DNA of 59,864 nt, filler included, from Sphacelaria rigidula (taxonomy: Eukaryota), in assembly GCA_964200075.2 (NCBI GenBank). It is 9 parts of 9 records of this genome, joined end to end, with 100 filler letters (N's around TTAATTAATTAA, not from the genome) between each part and the next. Parts side by side here need not be neighbours in the genome. Positions count along the whole stretch, not along the records: positions 6,664 to 13,226 come from CAXNAA020019327.1; positions 13,327 to 19,889 come from CAXNAA020019328.1; positions 19,990 to 26,552 come from CAXNAA020019329.1; 6 more parts are not named here. One strand, 5' to 3'. Below the pieces are notes generated by a model. It searched no databases, was not told the DNA's origin, and worked only from the letters and a program-made list of their open reading frames with translations. How positions within the stretch are numbered: the first letter of the stretch is position 1; each line of letters begins with the position of its first letter. The position numbers and the translations under genes were made by a program. Positions 10,249 through 21,215 of this stretch are shown piece by piece.

Positions 10249-10853
10249 TGTTACGGATCGCGGCGTGGCGTGGTGGTAAGGGTAGTACGATGATGGGCCG
10301 TCGATTCAAAACGACTTAAACGCCCGGAGGGCTGACTGCGGGAGCTGGCTAGTACCGCAGTCAGGGGTGAGGCGTTATGTAAATCCGTCGAGAGACGGAA
10401 TACATAAACATGCCTCTTTACATCTGGTTGTATCCGGTTCTTTCCGAGGACCGACCCAATCGGGTGCACCCTGGCGTCCACTCCTTTTCGGAAGTGCGAA
10501 GTCTCGACACCACCAATGAGAGAAAGAGAAAAGAAATCGGCCTTGATCTGTGACCAGGCATATCGTGACGTTCGTCCTGTATCATTCTACGTTGGACTTA
10601 CCCACATGCTGTGAGCTTAAGATTGTTTCAAGAGTAACGGTGAGACAGTAAGATGTTTGATTCCAGCAGCGAGCAGATGCTAGAAGGTTGACATGATAGT
10701 AAATTTGAACTGTGCCAAATGGAATGGTGCAATGTGTAACCATATATAATAGTAAAAGAAAGTCATATTTGCATGAGCTAGCAAAACCTCGTAACCTGCA
10801 TGGCCGAAATGCTATTGTTGTTCGCTCTAGTACTCGACTTGTACAGTAGAGAC
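10249..10853 (+). mobile_element. 3' LTR of family A (right boundary approximate)
   Basis: Starts TG directly after a G-rich PPT; aligns along its length with 18149-18769. Confidence 0.75.
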
Positions 10854-10869
10854 ACGCATGTGGACGACC

Positions 10870-13105
10870 ACTGTGGACAACACTATTCCGTTTGTATCAT
10901 AGCCTCTTGCACATGTGGTACCAGCTGCCGCCACACATGCGCGACATCAATTTTGACCTTCATGGGCCCGGCTGGGAACCGGCAGTCATCCAAGAACTCA
11001 GTGATGTCCTGCTATAGTACCAAGACCGATTTTCCCGATCCAAGACGGATCTTGGGCATTGCAAAACACTGCTCTTTGAAGCTACCCTCCAACCCGGCGT
11101 CTCGCCGATTTCTTCTCGGCCATACCGTACCAACCCAATCCTCACCAAGAAAGTTAACGTCATCTTGGATGCGTTTTTGGGAGCGGGACTAATGCAACAT
11201 TCCTCCTCTCCTTGGGCCTCGCCGCTTGTGGTCGTCCCCAAAAGGATGGAAACATACGCATCACCGTGAATTATCCACGGTTGAACCGCGTCACTGTCAT
11301 CGGTAAACTTCCGATTCCCCGCATTGATGAAGTCTTCGACTCCTTAGGCGAGGGCAAAATATTCAGCACCTTCGACCTCGCTTCTGGATTTTTTCAGAAT
11401 GCTATACACCCTGACACAGTCTCACTGACGACTTTTTGCACCTCGTCCAGACTCTATGAGTGGCTTCGCATGCCACGAGGCGCCACCACTGCCCCGGGAT
11501 GCTTTCAACGCTTAATGCAACGCGTCACCGAGGGCCTCGAGCACATCATCATGTACTTGGATGACGCTATCGCTTTCGATGCCTCACCTTTTGCACATAT
11601 ACGCACTCTACAAGAATTTCTCTCTCGCCTACGTACGCACGATTTGAAACTGTCTCCATCCAAAGCTCACCTTGGCGCGACTGACTTGGATTTCTTGGGA
11701 TATTCCATTTCGCCAGCAGGTATGCATCCGGATACGAACAAAGTCAAGGTGATGACTGATTTGCCGATGCCAACTAACATTTCTCAACTTCGCTCATTGT
11801 TGGGTGGGCGTTCCTACTACCGCAAATGTTTGCCGAATTTATCGCGACGGATTCGCTCCCTTACTGAGCTACTCAAGGAAGGAGCCGTGTTTTCTTTCAC
11901 CACCGAAATGGAGACTATCACCCGCGAATTACTCAAGACGCTTACCGAAAAGCCCGTACTACGCTTTCCTGATTGGGAGGCAGTACAAGATGGCTCCCGC
12001 CTTTTCCAACTCCATACTGACGCCAGCACAAATGGATTTGGAGGAGTTTTGAATCAATCTCAGCTTGATGGCTCTGTCCGACCCATCCTATATATCAGCC
12101 GCGCTACCCTGCCCAACGAGGCCAATTGGAGCCCGCTAGAACTGGAAGGCGGAGTAATCACTTGGGCCATTAAGCACCTTCGACAATATCTGTTTCACGT
12201 GCCCTTCGAGATCTATACGGATCACGGAGCACTTGAACACCTCGCTAAGGTTGGTGAACACAACCCTCGTGTACAACGATGGTTGGAGTTTCTAACAGCA
12301 TACCAGTATACCATTAAGCACCGTCCAGGCAAAACCAACGGGAACGCGAATCTTTTTTCCCGCCTGCCTCTGACGCCTACGGCCGCAGATTCCAGCCCAG
12401 CTTGCCGTTTAACGGAACCCGATGAACCCGGAATGTACGCGGTCCGACGTGTTTCAACGCCCCTTTACGCCCTCGACGTCCAGTGCCCGGAAACAGGTGT
12501 GCATATGGGAGGACCTCGCCCTCTACCATATGACGCCGTCTTGGGTGGGTTAAAACCCACTACCCCCGATTCTGTTGATTTTCGCACTTTCGGTACTCGC
12601 GCGAAACTCTTCGCGGAGACACCCCCAGTCACCCACATTATCTCCGACAACACGCCCTCCCGGTCCGCCACCCGCACCACACCGAGTGCCCCGCCGCCAC
12701 CAACAACACCTTCAACCTCTATGAGCCACCCAGCACAAGTTCCACGGACCAACACGCAAAGCTCCGCAAAGACTTCAGCACCGTGCGCCACGCGCCGCGA
12801 GAAATCTCCGCCGCGCATTGATACAACCCCGCCGCCTATTATGGCGCCGCAAACGTCTTCTGCTCCCGAGACAGATATTGACGACGGCATTTCTGCCCCG
12901 TCGCCTGTTCCCCCGCCGCCTGCCCTACCATGTTTGGTCGGCTCGCCAGCGGAAGGCCAACTACGCGAGTTTCTCGCCAGCTACTCCCACCGTGATTGGG
13001 CTCGCGAACAAAACGCAGAACCGCTATGTCGCGCAGCCATTCGGTACATACAACTTGACTGTCCAGTCCCTTTTCCGTCCACACTTCTGGCCCCGGTTGG
13101 GAGTC
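10870..13105 (+). mobile_element. Ty3/Gypsy pol fragment, family B (RT, RNase H, Pro/Thr-rich linker)
   Basis: Frameshifted upstream part SSRPYRTNP...SSSPWASPLVVVPK leads into ORF 11212-13185. Truncated at ~13105 by unrelated sequence. Confidence 0.93.
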
Positions 13106-13185
13106 GTGCTACGATAGGGTTGCACTTTTCTGTTCACGTGATGCCAAAACTGGATTTAACAGCCGATTCTCGAAAATGGGGTTGA
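11212..13185 (+). CDS. pol: Retrotransposon reverse transcriptase-RNase H ORF (partial, probably non-functional; last ~25 aa unrelated)
   Basis: RT motifs FDLASGFFQ, YEWLRMP.G and YLDD; RNase H motifs LHTDAS, LELE, IYTDH and RPGKTNGNANLFSR. Confidence 0.9.
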   Translation: MGLAACGRPQKDGNIRITVNYPRLNRVTVIGKLPIPRIDEVFDSLGEGKIFSTFDLASGFFQNAIHPDTVSLTTFCTSSRLYEWLRMPRGATTAPGCFQRLMQRVTEGLEHIIMYLDDAIAFDASPFAHIRTLQEFLSRLRTHDLKLSPSKAHLGATDLDFLGYSISPAGMHPDTNKVKVMTDLPMPTNISQLRSLLGGRSYYRKCLPNLSRRIRSLTELLKEGAVFSFTTEMETITRELLKTLTEKPVLRFPDWEAVQDGSRLFQLHTDASTNGFGGVLNQSQLDGSVRPILYISRATLPNEANWSPLELEGGVITWAIKHLRQYLFHVPFEIYTDHGALEHLAKVGEHNPRVQRWLEFLTAYQYTIKHRPGKTNGNANLFSRLPLTPTAADSSPACRLTEPDEPGMYAVRRVSTPLYALDVQCPETGVHMGGPRPLPYDAVLGGLKPTTPDSVDFRTFGTRAKLFAETPPVTHIISDNTPSRSATRTTPSAPPPPTTPSTSMSHPAQVPRTNTQSSAKTSAPCATRREKSPPRIDTTPPPIMAPQTSSAPETDIDDGISAPSPVPPPPALPCLVGSPAEGQLREFLASYSHRDWAREQNAEPLCRAAIRYIQLDCPVPFPSTLLAPVGSRATIGLHFSVHVMPKLDLTADSRKWG

Positions 13186-14660
13186 AAAAAAAAATGAGGT
13201 TCAACTCAAAAGCCGCGCTTTCCCTGNNNNNNNNNNNNNNNNNNNNNNNNNNNNNNNNNNNNNNNNNNNNTTAATTAATTAANNNNNNNNNNNNNNNNNN
13301 NNNNNNNNNNNNNNNNNNNNNNNNNNGTATGGCCATTTTTTCGGTGACACTTTTAGCTGGTTTTGGGGGGGGGCTATCGTAGAAGGTGTCTTGAAACAAA
13401 AACTTGCCCTCACGGGTGAGTGCACAGGATCGAAATGTGAAAGCCGATCGTGCAAGGAACTGTGAGATGAGACAGCTTCATGCTTGCTTTATAGCCGTGA
13501 CAGGTCGAATCTTGTCGTGTAGACCTGAATGAGTAGAGTCACGGTGGATGCTAGGATTGCATGACTCTCTAAACTGCTTTGCTAAATCTTTCCATGCAAC
13601 AGCTGCTGTGTGCTTCCTGCTATGTGATGTAGCTGAAAATAGCAACACAACACTATGCCGTCTTCACCCATCAATCTTGTACTTACTGTATTTACCATAC
13701 GGGAGTTTTCATCACGTTTGCACACCAGAAACGGCATGGTGCATGCACACGAGGTTGACAGTAAATATCAGTTGAACTCTTACTAATTCGAGTATAATAT
13801 ATCTTCGTGCGCCGCTGGACGGACTAACGTTAGACTTGTTCACAACTGACGCTGCTGTTGCTGTACGCTATGATTTTTGGAGTTTCATACAGCCCAAATG
13901 AGTCGCGTCGTGCAGCACGAAACCAGCTCTAACGGCATTTACAATCATCGCCTCAATGCTCTTTTTTGGCCGGTTCGGGGGGGGCTATCTCGGCAGCAAT
14001 CTACAGCTGACTGAAATGGAACCACGGTACAATAATATATATGCTGCTCCACACATACTCAAACTCGACAAGACCAGCCGAATTCAAAATCGCTTGTGTC
14101 TCCACACATTGAGTTGCGATAACACCCTTGGGTTGTACGACATGCTACCGTTTTATTTATTGTGATGCTGTTACAATATGGCTGTACGAGATGACGGTAC
14201 TGACTGATTGCGGCCTGCACCATCTCCTCGATGAAATCGTTCACTTTGTACTCAGTCTAACAGTACATGAGTAATGTTCTTTCACTGTGGGAACAAAACT
14301 GTTCCGAATCACCATCGAATATCAAATGTCGGACTATGCATGCGGAAGAACCTCTGCCGTGTACTGTCTATTCGAGACTACATACTGTAGGGACACATGA
14401 GGTAGTAATGGCCGTGTTGCCTGAGTGAAACTACTCAACGCGATATCAACCAGCAGATGGGAGTTAACGAACTACCTGCAGAAAAGATACATAGGAGCTA
14501 TCGAGATGTTGTTGGCTACAACTAGTAACGAGTACAGCATATACTTTCAGGAACACGAACCACTTGCTAGAGTATCTCATGCATGGCCACGGATGCAACG
14601 GTGAAAGAATGTCATTTTCACTCTCTATATACTTCGCAAATTCACGAAACTGCTCGTGCG

Positions 14661-15515
14661 ACCGTAATGCCATACTGGTTGTGCATACATGCTACAAGGC
14701 ACGATACCATATGAGCCGATTTGTCGTGAACGGATTTTGAAAACCTTGAATCAACATGGGGTATTTACCCTACCCCGGTCAGGGGGGGGGGGGGCAGGTC
14801 ATTGATGCGATAATGTGTGTTATTATCATGGAAGTTGCATGTAACTTCAACGTGGTTCCCCCTGATTGATAGTTTTGCCTTTGCTGGATGGCTCCAATGG
14901 GTGTGGGTGAGCCATACATGCTTGAGAACTTCGGGGCTATGTGATGTCTGCTCCGATTTTGAAGAAATCAGACCCAACCATGTACTTTGACTTTACCTCA
15001 CGACTTTCAGTACATGGGTGATCGTTTCCATGTGCACCTAATAACCGCACCTCATACATGACCGTGTATGCAACTGATAGAGAATGACATTGTTACGCTG
15101 CCGTCCGCTAATGCACGAAAATCTGTTTGTGTAACCGTAATGTCAAACTGGTTGTGCATACATGTTACCAGGCACGGTACTATGTAAGCCGATTAGCCGT
15201 GAACAGAAATTGCGAGGCTTGAATGAACGAGACATGAGGTATTTACCCTACCACCTGGTCAGGGGGGCAAATCATCAATGCTCGAAATAAATGCTATTTT
15301 GTTATGGAAAATGGATAAAAGCTCCACGTGATTCCCCTGTTTGATCGTTTGCGCCCTTGGTAGATATCTTCAAAGAGTATGAACGAGCCATGCATGCGTA
15401 AAACAAATGGAGAGTTCTGTGAAGTTGTTTCGATTCTAAGAGATCAAACCCCAACCATGTAGTTATAGTTATACTTCGACTGTGAATACGTGGGTGGTTG
15501 TTTACAGGTCCACTG
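14661..15515 (+). repeat. Diverged tandem duplication, period ~473 bp
   Basis: accgtaatg.ca.actggttgtgcatacatg...gtatttaccctacc...ggtcagggggg begins at 14661 and again at 15134. Confidence 0.75.
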
Positions 15516-15749
15516 CTGAACATACCATTATTTGATCAATATTACCCGCAGCGGTGGATCACAGGACTGCATGAAGCCTGCAACAGTTGCTCGTCAACAA
15601 TTATTGTTGGTGCCAGCCTGACAAATTTCATGTAGCTACTCATGAGTGTGATAATCAACTCAGATCCACAACGATTGAGCGGCTATGAGTGAAGCTGCAG
15701 GCTAATGTGTTTGCATGCGGCCGGCAGACGGATGCTCCGTCAGTTCCCG

Positions 15750-15897
15750 TTGACCGTCTGTACTCGTGCACGCTCCGACAATCAATTCAAAGATGACCGT
15801 CTACTTGTGCACGCTCCGACAATCCATTCGAAGATGGCCGTCTACGTGCGTGCTCCGACGATCAATTCGAAGATGACCGTCTACCTGTGCGCGCTAT
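15750..15897 (+). repeat. ~40-bp minisatellite, ~4 units
   Basis: gatgaccgtctac.tgtgcacgctccgacaatc.attcgaa repeated. Confidence 0.8.
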
Positions 15898-16207
15898 GAT
15901 CGTCCCGGGGGCAGGGCTACATTCTTCTGGTCCTGAGAGTCCATGGGTTCCACACATTCCTTTGCCGGATTTACACTGGAAATAATCTAATGGAAGTCGT
16001 TGGCTTGGAATGAACGACTAGTGTGTTTATCGTGGAGACTATGCAAGTTGCCAACATACAAGCCGGACATCGAATGAATGAACGAGAAAGTTGTATGAAC
16101 CATATATATATATATATATGCTTGCACCATGCAGCGAACAAGCAGGATTCGATGGCATGCAAGAAAATGAGCGAGGACGAAGGCTCAAGATGTCGAGACC
16201 TTGCTTG

Positions 16208-17096
16208 TCGAACGGTTGACAGGGGAGCCAGGATTTCCCATGTGTTTTCGAACAGGTTGGCAGGGAGCCAGGATTTCCCATGTGTTTTCGAACAAGTTGA
16301 CAGGGGGCCAGGAGTTTCCCTTGTGCGTGCGAACGGTTGACAGGGGAGCCAGGATTTCCCATATGTTTTCGAACAGGTTGACAGGCGAGTCAGGATTTTC
16401 CCATGTGTTTTCGAGTAGGTTGACAGGGGGCCAGGAGTTTTCCTTGTGCGTGCGAACGGTTGACAGGGAGCCAGGATTTCCCATGTGTTTTCGAGCAGGT
16501 TGACAGGGAAGCCAGGATTTTCCCAAGTGTTTTCGAGCAGGTTAACAGGGGGCCAGGATTTCCCATGTGTTTTCGAACAGGTTGACAGGGGCCAGGAGCT
16601 TCCCTTGTGCGTGCGAACAGGTTGACAGGGAGCCAGGATTTCCCATGTGTTTTCGATCAGGTTGATAGGGGGCCAGGAGTTTCCCTTGTGCGTGCGAACA
16701 GGTTGACAGAGATCCAGGATTTCCCATATGTTTTCGAACAGGTTGACAGGGGAGCCAGGAGTTTCCCATGTGTTTTCGAGCAGGTTGACAGGGATCCAGG
16801 ACTTCACATGTGTTTTCGAGCAGGTTGACAGGAAGCCAGGATTTCCCATGTGTTTTCGAACAGGTTGACAAGGGAGCCAGGAGTTTCCCATGTGTTTTCG
16901 ATCAGGTTGACAGGGGGCCAGGAGTTTCCCTTGTGCGTGCGAACAGGTTGACAGAGATCCAGGATTTCCCTTGTGCGTGCGAACGGTTGACAGGGGAGCC
17001 AGGATTTCCCATATGTTTTCGAACAGGTTGACAGGGGAGCCAGGAGTTTCCCATGTGTTTTCGATCAGATTGACAGGGGGCCAGGAGTTTCCCATG
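16208..17096 (+). repeat. ~39-bp minisatellite, ~23 units, two unit variants
   Basis: cgaacaggttgacaggggagccaggatttccc followed by either atgtgtttt or ttgtgcgtg. Explains the repetitive ORFs at 15971-17258. Confidence 0.95.
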
Positions 17097-17149
17097 CGTC
17101 TTAGAACAGCGCGATCGCCAATTTAGCCGAAGCGAGTAGGAACGATGCA

Positions 17150-18769
17150 CAACAGTTGTGGGTACAAGCTGAAGTTTGGCACCACAGCAAGAGTAGCCAC
17201 CGCTCACCAGTAACGGTTTTGCTGGACACCGGGGCAGGGGGGGGAAGCTATGCATCAAAGCAGTGGTGGAAGTCTTTGGTGATTTGGGGGAATATGTCGG
17301 GCAAACTACAGCGGCAAGGAGCAGGATTCCTGAGGGGCAGCAAACCCTAGTGACAGCAGGACGCCGCCGATAAAGATTGTGGGGTTAGCTGAGGAGATCA
17401 TGACCGTTCCGCAACTGTATACAATGACAGATAAGAAAGTGGTGTTAGGATCAGGATCGTCCTGGGAGTGGGCCTATCGGGAGTTGTTTCATGACGGAAC
17501 CGAGCCCCACTGGCTTTCAGAGAAGGAAGTTTTGGACAGTTTCACTGGGCTACAGTTGGACGTGTTTCATGCTTTGTGGGAACTATAGAACCCGCAAACC
17601 AAACCGCGCCCATCCGTTAACCCATCTCGACCGGAAAGAGACTCTTTCGCTCGGGATGAAGCTTTGCGACTCATTCCTCGAGGGACCAGAACACGTAAAC
17701 AGTTTGTGGACAACCAAGGTGAGCGGCAGGACTTCAACGGGGAAGTATTCGACTTCCGTCAGCCGTATTACCGTATCAAGAATGAGGATGGGGATTGGGA
17801 AGAGATGACGCCGTCGGAGGTGCGGGAAAATGCGGTGAAGGAACAGGGTACCAGGGCCGCTCCAGGATCTAAATAATGGGGAAAAGGGATCGTTCTGCAC
17901 GGTGTTTAAATTCCCTACGTGGTCTAACCCGGCAGAGCAGTCAACAAGATCAAGGACGCCTCCGGACTGGAAGGGATAATCCTGCACGATGTTTTATTTC
18001 CCTTCGTGGTCTAACCCGGCAGAACGATTATCAAGATCGACGGCTACACCCCGACGCTGAGCACTCGGAAGAGGGACATGGTAACGCGGCGATCCATCGT
18101 GTGAATCACGTCAGTCCCAGGGTTTTCAATCCTAGGACTGAGGGGGGGTGTTACGGATCGCGGCGTGATACGGTGGAAAGGGGGACAGTACAATGATGGG
18201 CCATTGATTCGGAACGAAGATACGCGCCCGGAGGGCTGATCACGGGAACTGGCTAGTACCTGCGGTCAGGGGTGAGGATGTTGAGTAATCCGTCAAGATA
18301 CGGAGTACATAAACATGCCTCTTACATCTGGTTGAATCCGATTCTTTCTAAGAATCGGTGCAATGCTATGGTGCCCTGGTGTTCAGAGCTTCTCGAGAAG
18401 GCTCTGGCTATCAACACCACCAAGGAACGAAAAGAAATCGAATCACCTGAAGCTGTGAATAAGGATATCCTGACGATCGACGTGTACTGTACTGCGTTGG
18501 ACTGTCTCCCCACGTGCTGTGAGCTTACGATTGTTACAAGATTAACGGTGAGACGGTTTGGAGCTTGAGTACTTTATGAACAGATGTGAAAGGATCGACC
18601 TGTAGTAAATGAATATGAACGAACTCGTGCACAAATGGATGGCGGTTAAATAATAAGTAGAGTGGAAGGTCCCACCCGAAATAGTGAAATTTCGTACTCG
18701 TTGACCGAAGTTTTGTTATTTGCCTAGGTCAGCGATCAACCTGTACTGTAGAGTCAAGAAACGTTGACA
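17150..18769 (+). mobile_element. Internally deleted family A Ty3/Gypsy copy: protease joined to integrase C-terminus (chromo-like plus Tudor-like), two 88-bp units, PPT, 3' LTR 18149-18769
   Basis: Aspartic protease VTVLLDTGAGGGSY (~17210-17250). WEWAYRELFHDGTEPHWLSEKEVLDSF is homologous to 9525-9650. PPT ggactgaggggggg then TGTTACGG; the LTR ends cgttgaCA. Confidence 0.85.
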
Positions 18770-20490
18770 ACAGTTGGAGACTGTCGTTCGCTTGCATCAT
18801 GGCGCTTCTCACCGGGACTATTGTGTTCGATCACATCATCTGCGGTGCGGCTGAAGCCAGGAGAGGTAAAATGTTCAGGAAGATGTTCACTGAGATATTC
18901 AATTTTCACCACCCCGCCATAAGTTAGCAAGGGTTTCACGTGACAAAGCAAACGATCAGCCATCATAATGCGCGCTAGGTGATGCGCGCTGGGAGCGACG
19001 CGCTCGTGCTCACGCTTACGACGTCACAAAGGTAATCAAGATACGGAGACCACTATAATGGTTCCCACCGCGCTTGGGTAAGGTGAAGAGACGCAAGCAG
19101 TCTAATCATTCAAAATAGTCAATGTACTCTTGACCATGACAGATACCCCGCAAAAATAACTGCGAGATACAATGCTGGTCAGGCGAAGATTTCAATTCTG
19201 CCGCGTACGTACGGAATGAGTGAAGTGTAATTCGTTGCCTCAAGCAACAGCGGGCAAGAGCTTTGCTTTTATCATGAAACGCGTGCAGAACTCCACATGC
19301 CATAACATCAATTAACGAGATTATCATCCCAGGATCATAAACCGAACAACGCACAATAGAGCAAGAGAAATGATAGCCTGAACCGGAAGCCACAAAAAAA
19401 AATGCACTTGCGAAAAAGATGCTTCAAGATAAGACAGCTGCTCAGGCGGGAGTTTACGTTCGTCGTGCGTACTGCTGTAATGAGCGGAGATTGTAAATAC
19501 CCGCCAATGACTCGAATCAGTGGGCCCATATCCATATAAATAACAGTACGGTTTCAGGATAGTGTATGTCGACTGAGACTCAACCGAAATATGAATTTAT
19601 ACATGAGCTGAGGCTACGAGATGAACCTCAAGACTAAGGTCCGGCCCGGGGTGCTTGCACCGCTTGAAGATGCGTGTCCACAACGTTAGCGTAGCGATAT
19701 CGCTCACAGCGTGACTTCGGAGGTGGCTATGCGCTAGTTCTGTGCGCGATGCCATCTGAGTAAAGTAAAACGGCGTGCCGCCCACGCAGTTCGATTCGAT
19801 GCTCTTACAGTTCAGAGTCAGAATCTTCAGCTATTAACAGGGTTGCCAGAAAAATGAGAACGTATTTTGAAATGAGAATCAACCGCTCCNNNNNNNNNNN
19901 NNNNNNNNNNNNNNNNNNNNNNNNNNNNNNNNNTTAATTAATTAANNNNNNNNNNNNNNNNNNNNNNNNNNNNNNNNNNNNNNNNNNNNCCACAAGCGCA
20001 ATGTGGCGTTTCTCAGGCCTCGCCGCCACGATCAGTGGATCGACAGCCAAGGTATATGAGCACCGGTGATAGCTGTGTGCGTTGTGTAAGCTCATGGACT
20101 GAGCACGGTAAAAAATCTGGATCATGGACACTTTTATTTAGTGAAATTGATGCCACGTCAACAGATTGCCTAATTTTCGCTGTCAAATGGTTGATGGAAA
20201 GCGGCGAGAGAAAATTGTCGTGCCTTCTGACTGTTTCATGAGCATGATGCCGGTTCGATTTTCAAAAAAACTTCTTGTTTGTTTCGTTTTCAGCCCGAAG
20301 AGCAACATGGATGATGAGTACGTACGAAGGCTCAAAACAACGCATCACAATCAAAAGTGAACCTGAGGAACTGACCGCCCCCGCAAACCAAGAACCCATA
20401 TAGTGGCAACGAATTTGACCATTTGACCGCCATGATGGGTCATCTGTTGTTAAATCGGCATCAGTTACTTGGACGGTGAAAGGGTCACAA

Positions 20491-21215
20491 AGAGACCCCG
20501 TTTCACCGTATTCTAAAAGCAAGTGAAAAAGTGCACCTGTCTCAGAGCCTCTGGGAACGATTCTGACAGTCCTGTGTGCGGTGACATGGGCGCACGAAGG
20601 GTCTACCGCCATGGCGAGGAAAGAAAGCGGAAAACACCATGCAGAGCACAACCGTGGGAGCGATGCTCCCGAAACCTCCTGAAGGGGAATCATGCAATGC
20701 TGCTTTGTCGGAGCTTGAGAGAACGAAATTACCCTGTTCGCTGTAAGTAAGAGCAAATGCTCGCCTCTCCGAGCTTTTGAGAACGACCGAATGACACCGT
20801 GTCGTCGTACTCTAAAATCAAGTGTGAGCAAATGCTGGCCTCTCAGAGACCCCGTTTCACCGTATTCTGAAAGCAAGTGAAAAAGTGCACCTATCTCAGA
20901 GCCTCTGGGAACGATTCTGATAGTCCTGTGTGCGGTGTGACATGGGCGCACGAAGGGTCTACCGCTATGGCGAGGAAAGAAGGCGGAGAACACCATGCAG
21001 AGCACTGCCGTGGAAGCGATGCTCCCGAAACCTCCTGAAGGGGAATCATGCAACGCTGCTTTGTCGGAGCTTGAGAGAACGAAATTACCCCGTTCGCTGT
21101 ACTATAAATTCGAGTAAGAGCAAATGCTCGCCTCTCTGAGCTTCTGAGAACGACCGAATGACACCAGGTCGCCGTACTCTAAAATCAAGTGTGAGCAAAT
21201 GCTGGCCTCTCAGAG
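20491..21215 (+). repeat. Near-identical tandem duplication, unit ~355-370 bp
   Basis: agagaccccgtttcaccgtattct at 20491 and 20845; both copies end aatcaagtgtgagcaaatgctggcctctcag. Confidence 0.92.

Larger units (their letters stand above)
6664..10853 (+). mobile_element. Degenerate Ty3/Gypsy LTR retrotransposon, family A: RT and RNase H remnants, DNMT-like segment, integrase, 88-bp subterminal array, PPT, 3' LTR
   Basis: RT remnant LRLCQDYRGLNQLL...VDLANG (~6770-6905). Integrase zinc finger HTTHGYAGVMKT...RYECPGLFADTRTHVLSCGCHRRK (~8515-8640). Core YLLVVMDRATKF and SDAGGEF. GPY/F-like TGPGTV. PPT ggactgagtgggg precedes the LTR start TGTTACGG at 10249. Many stops and frameshifts. Confidence 0.85.

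Noticed and set aside
15971..17095. 374-aa repeat protein ORF
   Set aside because: Translation of the minisatellite; similar repetitive ORFs appear in several frames on both strands.
16208..17096. CRISPR array
   Set aside because: Units are contiguous with only two alternating short variants. There are no unique spacers or cas genes, and the context is eukaryotic.
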